From assembly GCA_039588015.1 (NCBI GenBank), contig JBDHAS010000001.1, forward strand, positions 51,476-115,475: 64,000 nt of DNA, in the 5' to 3' direction. Both the position numbers and the translations under genes were made by a program. Source of the stretch: Gemmatimonadota bacterium (GTDB lineage: Bacteria > Gemmatimonadota > Gemmatimonadetes > Palauibacterales > KS3-K002). The notes beneath the pieces were generated by a model. The model was not told where the DNA came from. It saw only the letters and a list, made by a program, of their open reading frames with translations, and made no database searches. This document shows positions 39,551 through 47,837 of this stretch, one piece after another (within the stretch, counting starts at the first letter, position 1; the number at the start of each line of letters is the position of its first letter).

Positions 39551-40597
39551 ATGACCGATAACGACATCGTGGATCTGCGCAGCGATACAGTGACCAGCCC
39601 GTCGCTGGGAATGCGCCACGCCATAGCGGAGGCCGAGGTCGGAGACGATGTGCTGGGCGACGATCCGACCGCCGTGCGCCTTCAGCAAAGGCTGGCCGCC
39701 CTGTTGGGAAAGGAGGCGGCTCTGTTCTTCCCCAGCGGGACACAGGCCAACCAGGTCGGCATCCTCCTCAACGCCGAGCAGGGGACGGAAGCGATCTGTG
39801 AAGCCAACGCGCACGTTTTCCACTACGAATTTGCCGGCGCGGCGATGTGGTCGGGTATCCAGCTGCGACCGGTGCCGACGGAAGACGGGCTGCTGACGGC
39901 GGAAACGGCGCGGGCATACATCCGGCCGGAAAGCCGGCATCTGGCGAGGACCTCGCTGATCTGCGCCGAGAACACTCACAACATGGCGGGCGGCAAGGTC
40001 ATGCCGTTGGAGGTGCTGCGAGAGCTACGCGAGCTGGCGAACGAGCACGGCTTGCCGCTTCATCTGGACGGCGCACGGCTGTGGAACGCGTCGGCGGCGA
40101 CCGGCGTTTCGTTGGCGGATTACGCTGCTCTTGCAGACACCGTGATGGTCTGTTTCTCCAAAGGGCTGGGCGCGCCGATCGGCTCGGCGTTGGCGGGCAG
40201 CGCCGAGGCGATGGGCCGAGCCTGGACGCTGAGGAAACGCTTGGGCGGCGGCATGCGGCAGGTCGGCATTCTGGCGGCGGCGGCGCTGTTCGCCTTGGAT
40301 AACAATCTGTCCAAGCTGGCGGAAGACCACGCACGCGCTCGGCGGTTGGCCGAGTTCGTGGATGGCCTGGACGGCTTCGGCGTCGTACCGCCCGAATCGA
40401 ACATCATCATGATCGATATCGAGCGGGACGATCTCGAACCCGCCGATGTCGTCGGCTTCCTCGAGAAGCGAGGCGTGTGGCTTCTGCCGACGGGGCCGCG
40501 TCGCCTGCGCGCGGTCACGCACATAGACGTGGACGATGTTGGCATCGAGCGGGCCTGCGCGGCTTTCGCGGCTCTGACGGACGGAGCCGCCGGTTGA
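39551..40597 (+). CDS. ltaE: Low-specificity L-threonine aldolase (LtaE)
   Basis: DLRSDTVTSPS...DDVLGDDPT...FFPSGTQANQ...CFSKGLGAPIGS (PLP lysine). Confidence 0.85.
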   Translation: MTDNDIVDLRSDTVTSPSLGMRHAIAEAEVGDDVLGDDPTAVRLQQRLAALLGKEAALFFPSGTQANQVGILLNAEQGTEAICEANAHVFHYEFAGAAMWSGIQLRPVPTEDGLLTAETARAYIRPESRHLARTSLICAENTHNMAGGKVMPLEVLRELRELANEHGLPLHLDGARLWNASAATGVSLADYAALADTVMVCFSKGLGAPIGSALAGSAEAMGRAWTLRKRLGGGMRQVGILAAAALFALDNNLSKLAEDHARARRLAEFVDGLDGFGVVPPESNIIMIDIERDDLEPADVVGFLEKRGVWLLPTGPRRLRAVTHIDVDDVGIERACAAFAALTDGAAG

Positions 40598-40702
40598 TAA
40601 TCGTTTGAGCACTGCGGGCTAGTGTGAATCGCCAAATGCATTTCCTAGGCCGTGATGGGGGATTTCCAGGGCGGCGTCGTAATCGAGCACAGGAGAGGGG
40701 AC

Positions 40703-41749
40703 ATGGCTGCGGAGCTGAGTGAGGAGAGAAAGAAGGCGTTAAACGTCGCGATCTCCCTGGTTGAACGCCAGCACGGGAAGGGCGCGATCATGCGTATGGG
40801 CGCTGAGGGCGCCCGGGTCAAGGTGCAGTCGATCCCGACGGGCTCTCTCGCGCTCGATGCGGTCACCGGGATCGGTGGCATCCCCCGTGGCCGCGTCACC
40901 GAGATCTACGGTCCAGAGTCCTCGGGCAAGACGACGCTGACCCTGCACATCATCGCCAACGCGCAGAAGGGCGGCGGCGTCGCCGCGTTCATCGATGCGG
41001 AGCATGCCCTCGATATCCACTACGCGGAGAAACTGGGCGTCGATATCGAGAACCTGCTCGTTTCTCAGCCGGATACGGGCGAGCAGGCGCTGGAGATCGC
41101 TGAGGTACTTGTGCGAAGCGGTGCCGTGGATGTCGTCGTGATCGACTCCGTGGCCGCGCTCGTGCCGCGAGCCGAGATCGAAGGCGAGATGGGCGCGTCG
41201 CACGTCGGTCTGCAGGCGCGGCTCATGTCACAGGCGCTGCGCAAGGTGACCGGCGCGATCAACCGCTCGAAGACCGCGGTCGTGTTCACGAACCAAATCC
41301 GCGAGAAGATCGGCGTGATGTTCGGGAATCCCGAGACGCAGCCGGGAGGCCGAGCGCTGAAGTTCTACGCGTCGCTCAGGCTGGACATCCGCCGCATCGC
41401 CTCGATCAAGGATGGAAACGATCAGGTAGGGAATCGCACACGGGTCAAAGTGGTGAAGAACAAGTGTGCCCCGCCGTTCCGCCAGGCGGAATTCGACATC
41501 ATGTTTAGCCAGGGTATCTCCCGGGCCGGCGAACTGGTCGATCTGGCGGCGGAACACGGGATCATCAAGAAGTCCGGCGCCTGGTTCTCGTATGGAGAGC
41601 AGAGGATCGGCCAGGGCCGAGAGAATGCGAAGGGCTTCCTCGAGGAGAATCCCGATCTGGCCGGGGAAGTGGCAGAGAAGATCCGCAATGCCGTGGGCAT
41701 AGGGATCCAGACGGAGGAGAGCGCAGAGGAGGGCGACGAGGAATCCTGA
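40703..41749 (+). CDS. recA: Recombinase RecA
   Basis: [33 protein letters not shown] (Walker A); FIDAEHALD; L2 loop. 349 aa from ATG 40703 with GGAGAGGGG SD. Confidence 0.95.
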   Translation: MAAELSEERKKALNVAISLVERQHGKGAIMRMGAEGARVKVQSIPTGSLALDAVTGIGGIPRGRVTEIYGPESSGKTTLTLHIIANAQKGGGVAAFIDAEHALDIHYAEKLGVDIENLLVSQPDTGEQALEIAEVLVRSGAVDVVVIDSVAALVPRAEIEGEMGASHVGLQARLMSQALRKVTGAINRSKTAVVFTNQIREKIGVMFGNPETQPGGRALKFYASLRLDIRRIASIKDGNDQVGNRTRVKVVKNKCAPPFRQAEFDIMFSQGISRAGELVDLAAEHGIIKKSGAWFSYGEQRIGQGRENAKGFLEENPDLAGEVAEKIRNAVGIGIQTEESAEEGDEES

Positions 41750-41758
41750 GCGCGGTGG

Positions 41759-42322
41759 GTGATGCCGCATCGCTCTGACCCGGCCATGGAAAGCGACGGA
41801 CGAGCGGAAAACGCGGCCTCCGGCCTGACGGAGGAGGATCAGCGCCGCGCCATAGACGCGGCGCTGAACTTTTTGTCGTATCGGCAACGGACGGGCCTGG
41901 AGGTTCGCCGCAAGTTGATCAGCCGCGGCTTCGCCGAAGAGACGATCGAAACGGCGATGAAGAGGTTGAGCGCCGTTGGGCTCGTCGATGACGAGGCGTT
42001 CGTGAGCGCCTACGTACGCGACCGCATCGCCCATCGGCCTATGGGCATCCGTCGGATGACCAGAGAGCTGTACGCTAAGGGTGTTGCGCGGGATGTGGCG
42101 CTTCCGGTCATAGAGCACGTATTCGAGGAGGAAGAGACGGACGAGCGGACCCTCGCCGAGCGCGTAGTCGCGAAGAAGCGCGACGCGCTCGCGAAAAGAG
42201 GGGACGACCTGGCGATGGGCAGGCGGCGGTTGCGCGATCAACTGCTCAGACGTGGGTTCGATATCCGGGTGGTTCGGGATGTGATCGACGATGTGTTCCC
42301 CAGAGACTCAACGGATTCTTGA
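41759..42322 (+). CDS. recX: RecX regulatory protein
   Basis: Immediately downstream of recA; three-helix repeat pattern (ALNFLSYRQRTGLEVRRKL...); about 180 aa. The start may be the ATG at 41783. Confidence 0.7.
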   Translation: MMPHRSDPAMESDGRAENAASGLTEEDQRRAIDAALNFLSYRQRTGLEVRRKLISRGFAEETIETAMKRLSAVGLVDDEAFVSAYVRDRIAHRPMGIRRMTRELYAKGVARDVALPVIEHVFEEEETDERTLAERVVAKKRDALAKRGDDLAMGRRRLRDQLLRRGFDIRVVRDVIDDVFPRDSTDS

Positions 42323-42356
42323 GGGGAAGTTGGAAGACGGCCAAGCCGGGCTCAGT

Positions 42357-42818
42357 GTGACCGAGCTCCGCCGAGCCGTGCCCGAGGAAGCGGATGCGCT
42401 GAGCGCGCTGGCCGTTCGGTCCAAGGCGCATTGGGGCTATGATGCCGAGTTCCTGGATGCCTGCCGTGATGAACTGACCCTGACACCCGCGTTCGTGCGG
42501 GATGAGGAGGTGTACGTACTCTTGGCCGGGGGCGCACTCGTCGGTTTCTACAGCCTGGCGCGCTGGAAGGCGGACATCGAGCTGTGCCATCTCTTTGTCG
42601 ATTCCTCGGAGATTGGGAAGGGGGCCGGTCGGCTGCTGTGGGAGGACGCTGTGTGGCGCGCTGAGGAAATGGGCTATGACCGCTTGCTGGTTCAAAGCGA
42701 CCCCTTCGCCGAAGGTTTCTATCTCAAGCTTGGCGCGGATCGCATCGGGGAGGTCCCCTCGCAAGCCTTGCCCGGTCGCTCCTTGCCGCTGCTGGTCTAT
42801 CCGCTTCGGGAACCTTAG
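42357..42818 (+). CDS. GNAT family N-acetyltransferase
   Basis: Motif A region HLFVDSSEIGKGAGRLLW and YDRLLVQSDP..AEGFYLKLG. GTG 42357 chosen; alternative ATG 42291 overlaps recX. Confidence 0.6.
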   Translation: MTELRRAVPEEADALSALAVRSKAHWGYDAEFLDACRDELTLTPAFVRDEEVYVLLAGGALVGFYSLARWKADIELCHLFVDSSEIGKGAGRLLWEDAVWRAEEMGYDRLLVQSDPFAEGFYLKLGADRIGEVPSQALPGRSLPLLVYPLREP

Positions 42819-42835
42819 AGCAAGAGACCGAGACG

Positions 42836-43480
42836 ATGAGTTGCTGCCAGTGTCGCGGTGCGGAGAGCGTGTTTTCCGGCTTCTATGTCGCCAGAGATCT
42901 CAAGAGCTATCGCCGCAAGGGCCCACGGCGAACTACCACGATGTTGATAGACGCGCTGAGGTCCGAGGATATCGTCGGCGCGACGCTGCTGGACATAGGC
43001 GGTGGAGTGGGTGCGATTCAGCACGAGCTGTTGAAGGCGGGCGCCGCCAGCGCCACGGGCGCCGACGCTTCAACCGCTTATCTGGATGCGGCGCGGAAGG
43101 AGGCCGAACGTCAAGGTCACGCGGATCGCGTACATCACTGCCATGGCGACTTTGTCTGTCTTGCCGACGAAGTCGATGCGGCCGACGTGGTGACCCTCGA
43201 CCGCGTGATCTGCTGCTATCATGACATGCGCTCGCTAGTGAGTCTATCGGTCGGCAAAGCGGGCAGGCTGTATGGTCTCGTGTATCCGCGGGACGTCTGG
43301 TGGACCAGAGCGGGCCACCGGTTCCTGAACCTGTACTTGTGGCTCTTTCGGAACCCGTTCCGCGTCTTCATGCACGCCGAAGGGGCTGTCGATGCGATCG
43401 TAAGAGCCGCGGGCTTCGAGCGGCGATATCACCGCAGTACGGCCTCGTGGCAGGTCGTGGTCTACGCTCGGCCCCTTTAG
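42836..43480 (+). CDS. Class I SAM-dependent methyltransferase
   Basis: Motif I LLDIGGGVGAI; acidic loop after beta2; Cys-rich N-terminus (MSCCQCRG). Confidence 0.6.
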   Translation: MSCCQCRGAESVFSGFYVARDLKSYRRKGPRRTTTMLIDALRSEDIVGATLLDIGGGVGAIQHELLKAGAASATGADASTAYLDAARKEAERQGHADRVHHCHGDFVCLADEVDAADVVTLDRVICCYHDMRSLVSLSVGKAGRLYGLVYPRDVWWTRAGHRFLNLYLWLFRNPFRVFMHAEGAVDAIVRAAGFERRYHRSTASWQVVVYARPL

Positions 43481-44670
43481 GGAGGTGACAGCGGCAGCGA
43501 TCGCGTATCGGCTACGGGCTTCCGGTCGGGCAGCGCCCCGTCGATTCGGCTCATGACTTTCTCCGCCGTCGCGCGCCATCCCGTAAGCTTCCCTCCGTAG
43601 ATGCTCAGCACCCGGGGTCGGTCGTTCCGACCGTCGCCGTCGGTCTGCAGGATCGTCTCGCGCGAGCGGTGGAACGCGTGCCCGGGCCCGGCGGGAAGGA
43701 CACGCAGGCCGGCGAACGCGTCCTGCACGTCGCCGATCTGCTGACCGCCGTAGCGCGGGAAGTAGCGGTGCAGGACCCGCAGCAGGTAGTTCATCTCGGC
43801 GCGCAGCGGTTGCACAGCGTCGGGATCTCCTCGGAAACGCGTTTCCGTGGTCCCTACCAGCGTGTTGCCCTTCCAGGGCATTACGAAAACGGCCCGTCCG
43901 TCCCGCGGGACCTCAACGTAGTAGATGCCGCGTTCCACTCTTCCTGGGACGACGATGTGGGCGCCTTGTACCAGGTCTACCTGGATCGCGGGCGGCGTCG
44001 GCTCGATCCTGCGCACGACCTCGTTCACCCACGGGCCCGCCGCGTTCACCAGCACTCGCGCCCGGCATCCGTGCTCGCGTCCGTCGCTTCGGTAGCTGAC
44101 GGCTACGCCTTCGTCGTGGATTGCCGCGCCGGCAAGTTCGGCCGGCAGCGCGAGTTCCGCTCCTAGACCCTCGGCGGACCTCCAGACCGCGGCCGTGAGC
44201 GCCGCGTCGTCGGTTTGCGCATCCCAGTAGCGAAAGACCGTCTGCAGGCCATTGGTCACCAGTCCGTCCAGTTCGTCCCAGCGACCGCGGGATAACCTCT
44301 CGAAGCGGACGTCCTTGCGCAGGCGACCGAGGATCGCATACAGGCTGAGCCCCGATCTGACCAACCACGGGCGGCGACGCGTGTAAGAGAAGACAGGTAT
44401 GTAGAAGGGAGTGAGCCTCACCAGGTCGGGTGCCAGGCGGAGCAGAAGTGATCGCTCGCGCAGGCCCTCCTGCACCAACGAGAACTCCCAGCTCTCCAGA
44501 TAGCGCAGTCCGCCGTGTATCAGCTTGCTGGACCGGCTGGAGGTTCCACTAGCCAGTGCCTGCTTCTCGATCAGCAGCACCGAGTGGCCGGCAGCGGCAG
44601 CGGCCTGCGCAACACCGACACCGTTGATTCCGCCGCCCACGACGACCACGTCGTATCGCTTGCCGTTCAT
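43477..44670 (-). CDS. FAD-dependent oxidoreductase, GlpD-like (glycerol-3-phosphate dehydrogenase N-terminal domain; shorter than canonical GlpD)
   Basis: YDVVVVGGGINGVGVAQAAAAAGHSVLLIEKQALASGTSSRSSKLIHGGLRYLE is almost diagnostic of the GlpD/DAO family. Only about 397 aa. Confidence 0.7.
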   Translation of the reverse strand: MNGKRYDVVVVGGGINGVGVAQAAAAAGHSVLLIEKQALASGTSSRSSKLIHGGLRYLESWEFSLVQEGLRERSLLLRLAPDLVRLTPFYIPVFSYTRRRPWLVRSGLSLYAILGRLRKDVRFERLSRGRWDELDGLVTNGLQTVFRYWDAQTDDAALTAAVWRSAEGLGAELALPAELAGAAIHDEGVAVSYRSDGREHGCRARVLVNAAGPWVNEVVRRIEPTPPAIQVDLVQGAHIVVPGRVERGIYYVEVPRDGRAVFVMPWKGNTLVGTTETRFRGDPDAVQPLRAEMNYLLRVLHRYFPRYGGQQIGDVQDAFAGLRVLPAGPGHAFHRSRETILQTDGDGRNDRPRVLSIYGGKLTGWRATAEKVMSRIDGALPDRKPVADTRSLPLSPP

Positions 44671-44788
44671 CGGCGCTCCGTCGAGACGAGCTCGTAGTCG
44701 GGCGACCACGTGAGGCCGTCACTCTTAGGGGCCAGACGGACCATCCGCCCGGCCCCCGGTCGAGCCCATCGGGAGGTGCACGGTCGCA

Positions 44789-47629
44789 TCATTGCTGCCG
44801 GGGCTCCTCCGATTCCTTTTCCGGATACAGCGAAACCTGGACGTAATTGTCTGTCCGTAAGTACCGTTTCGCCGCTTCGCGGATCATCTCGATGTCGAGC
44901 GTTTCGATCAACTCCTCGTAGGTCAGGATGTTTAGCGGATCGGCATCGTATCGGTCTGCGGACACCAGCTGGCTTAGCCAGTACCCGTTTTCCCGCAGGT
45001 CGGTTTCGCGTTGTCTACGCTGTGCTTCCATCACCTTATCTATGTCCTCCTGACGTGGCCCGTGGCTCTGAAGACTGTCGATTTGGAGGAACACAGCATC
45101 GCTCAATTCCTTCAGCCGCTCGGGTGCCGACCCGAAGGTGACGGTGAATGAGTACTCCTGCCGCGGATCGCGGCTCGGGATACCGCTGACGCCGACCCCG
45201 TAAGTGCCGCCCAGGTCCTCGCGGAGGACGTCTCGCAAACGGATGCGGAGCACCGCCGCCAGCGAGCGCATCGCGTAGCGGTTCTCGCGCGTCCAGTCGA
45301 ACGGGCCGGTAAAGGTGATCTGCGTCTGGCTCTTCGGTTCGATCCCGCGGTAGACCTCTTTGCGGATCACGCCCGTGGGCGGTCGAATCTCTTCGTCGCG
45401 CCAGGTCTCTACTCTTCCCGTTGAAGGCAACCCGCCGAGGTATGTCAGGATTAGTGGTTTCAGGCTGTCTGGATCGAAAGTGCCGACGAAGAAGAACGCG
45501 AAATCACTGGAGTCGGCGAACCTGTCGCGGTAAAAGGCGAACGACTTGTCCAGGTCCATCTCGGCGTATAGCTCGCTGCTGGCAGGCCGAGCCCTAAAGT
45601 GATTCTGCGAGAGAGTGACCTGGACGGTGTCACGGTAGGCGGCGATGGGGTCGGCGCTACGGTTGGTGAGAAAGGCATTGAGTCGTGTGGTCAGCGACTG
45701 AAATGCGTCTTCGTCGCGACGTGGCGCGGTGAAATAGAGATAGATCAGCTGGAACATCGTCTCCACGTCGCTGGGCGAAACGCTGCCGGAGAACCCTTCG
45801 GTCAGCGATGAGACGTACGGCGATACGCGGACGGCCTTGCCCGCCAGCGCCTTCTGCAGGTCGACGAGACTGAAGTCGCCCGCCCCGCCTTGGGTAACGG
45901 CAGAGGTCGCCGTAGCCGCTGCGATGTAGTCTTCATCGGATGAGAGGGAGGACCCACCGGGGCTCCAGGACCGGAAGAGGATCTCATCGTCCTTGAAGTC
46001 GGTGGGTTTCAGGAAGACGCGCACGCCGTTGGCCAGCTTCCAGCGCTGCACGCCCAGCTCCTCGATGACATCTTCTTCCACGATTGCCGCCGGCTCCGGC
46101 ACTCGTGCGACCAGCGGTGCGTCGATGGCCGCGTCCTCGTAGGCGGTGATCTCTGTGGCAGCCACCGCGGCGAATACTGCTGTCAGGTCGTCTTCGCTAG
46201 GAACCGACACGGTCTCTTTTTCCGGCGCGCTGACCAGAATCACCCGGTTCTCGTCGATGATCCACTCGCGTGCGAGCCGGTTCACGTCATCCAGGGTGAT
46301 TCCGGGCGCGAATTGCTTCGTCCACTCGAACTCGTTCGCGATGCCGGGGATAGGCTCGTCCCAGAGAAAGCTGCGGATGTACTCCGAGGCGTACACGGAC
46401 GACTCGGTATTCTCCCGCTCGGCATAAGCTTGCTCCAGCGAGCGGAGCAACTCTCGTTTCTCACGCTCCAGTTCGGATTCGCGGAACCCAAAGCGCGCGA
46501 CACGCTCGGCTTCGGTTAGCACCGCTTCAAGCGCTCGCTCGATACCGTTGTCCGGCGCACCGGCGCCGAGGATGTAGACCTCCTTTGCGCCGATGAATCG
46601 ACCCTGCCCAGAGAAAGCGCCGAGGAAGGGCGGATCCGCCTCTTGCGTGAGCTCGAAGAGCCGCTGATTCAGCATTTGGTTGTACAGCGCCTCTACGACC
46701 GACTGGCGGTAGGCGCCGAAGGTGCTTTCGTCTCGGAGATCCTGCTTCCAGTACACGTTCAGGGAGTTGAAAGTCATCTCCGGGTCGGTCGCGATGGCGA
46801 ACAGCGTCTCGTCGTGACCCGGTACGGGGTAAACCGTCCGTTCGCGTGGATTGTCCGGTGACTTCAGCCCGCTGAAGTGCTTCTTGATGAGTCCCTCGAT
46901 CGCATCTGAATCGAAATCACCCACAGCGATGACAGCCATCAGGTCGGGACGGTACCAATCGCGATAGAACCGCTTCAAGACCTCGTAGTCGAAACTCTCC
47001 AAGATCTCCGGCTTCCCAATTGGCAGTCGCTCCGCGTAGCGGGAGTCCATGAAGAGGATTGGGAACTGCTTCTCTTGCAGTCGCGCCGCGGCGCCCTGGC
47101 CGAGCCGCCATTCCTCGATCACGACGCCACGCTCTTTGTCGATCTCCTCGTGGTCGAAGGAGATGCCGTGCGCCCAGTCCTCGAGGATCTGGAAAGCGGT
47201 CGTGACCAACTCCGCGCTGTCGGTCGGAACCTTCAACATGTAGACTGTCTGGTCGAAGCTCGTGTAGGCGTTCAGCTCCGGTCCGAAGCGCATACCGATC
47301 CCTTCCAGATAGTCGACCAGCTCTTGCTTTTCGAAATTCCGCGTCCCGTTGAACGCCATGTGCTCCACGAAGTGGGCCAGCCCCAACTGGTCTTCGTCTT
47401 CCAGCACCGAACCGGTCCTGACGACCAGTCGCAGCTCCGCCCGCTCGCGTGGCTCCGAGTTGACTCGGATGTAGTAGCGCACTCCGTTAGGCAACGTGCT
47501 GACCTTCACGGCCGGATCGACAGGGAGGACGCTGTTCGGGTCCTGGCCGACCTGTTGGGCGGCGCCGGGCACGACGGAGCCAAGCAGCGCCACGACGAGA
47601 AGCGCCGGCGCGATGAAGTGCTTATTCAT
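44789..47629 (-). CDS. Secreted tandem (two-unit) M16 family zinc peptidase (insulinase/pitrilysin-like)
   Basis: HxxEH inverted zinc motif HFVEHMAFNGT...E. Signal peptide MNKHFIAPALLVVALLGSVVPGAAQ. ATG at 47629 with AGGAG SD. About 946 aa implies active plus inactive halves duplicated. Confidence 0.85.
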   Translation of the reverse strand: MNKHFIAPALLVVALLGSVVPGAAQQVGQDPNSVLPVDPAVKVSTLPNGVRYYIRVNSEPRERAELRLVVRTGSVLEDEDQLGLAHFVEHMAFNGTRNFEKQELVDYLEGIGMRFGPELNAYTSFDQTVYMLKVPTDSAELVTTAFQILEDWAHGISFDHEEIDKERGVVIEEWRLGQGAAARLQEKQFPILFMDSRYAERLPIGKPEILESFDYEVLKRFYRDWYRPDLMAVIAVGDFDSDAIEGLIKKHFSGLKSPDNPRERTVYPVPGHDETLFAIATDPEMTFNSLNVYWKQDLRDESTFGAYRQSVVEALYNQMLNQRLFELTQEADPPFLGAFSGQGRFIGAKEVYILGAGAPDNGIERALEAVLTEAERVARFGFRESELEREKRELLRSLEQAYAERENTESSVYASEYIRSFLWDEPIPGIANEFEWTKQFAPGITLDDVNRLAREWIIDENRVILVSAPEKETVSVPSEDDLTAVFAAVAATEITAYEDAAIDAPLVARVPEPAAIVEEDVIEELGVQRWKLANGVRVFLKPTDFKDDEILFRSWSPGGSSLSSDEDYIAAATATSAVTQGGAGDFSLVDLQKALAGKAVRVSPYVSSLTEGFSGSVSPSDVETMFQLIYLYFTAPRRDEDAFQSLTTRLNAFLTNRSADPIAAYRDTVQVTLSQNHFRARPASSELYAEMDLDKSFAFYRDRFADSSDFAFFFVGTFDPDSLKPLILTYLGGLPSTGRVETWRDEEIRPPTGVIRKEVYRGIEPKSQTQITFTGPFDWTRENRYAMRSLAAVLRIRLRDVLREDLGGTYGVGVSGIPSRDPRQEYSFTVTFGSAPERLKELSDAVFLQIDSLQSHGPRQEDIDKVMEAQRRQRETDLRENGYWLSQLVSADRYDADPLNILTYEELIETLDIEMIREAAKRYLRTDNYVQVSLYPEKESEEPRQQ

Positions 47630-47744
47630 GGTATACTCCTTATGTCGCCTGCTCATGCGGAGGGCGACCGGCGCTCGGGCAAGCCCGGCCGGAAGGAGCT
47701 CGATCGAGCCGGCTTCAGCTTCGCTCCATGAAGCGTGCTGGGCC

Positions 47745-47837
47745 CTACCGAACTTGAGAACCCCTCTGCCTTCGGTCATATTCAATCGACTTAGGATTAC
47801 CAGAACTTAGCCTTATAGCAACCGGTGAGCCGGATAG
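47745..47837 (+). promoter_or_regulatory. Locally AT-richer divergent intergenic region with candidate promoters for alaS (+) and the M16 peptidase (-)
   Basis: TTGAGA-17-CATATT and TTAGGA-16-TTATAG hexamer pairs seen by eye; weak. Confidence 0.25.
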
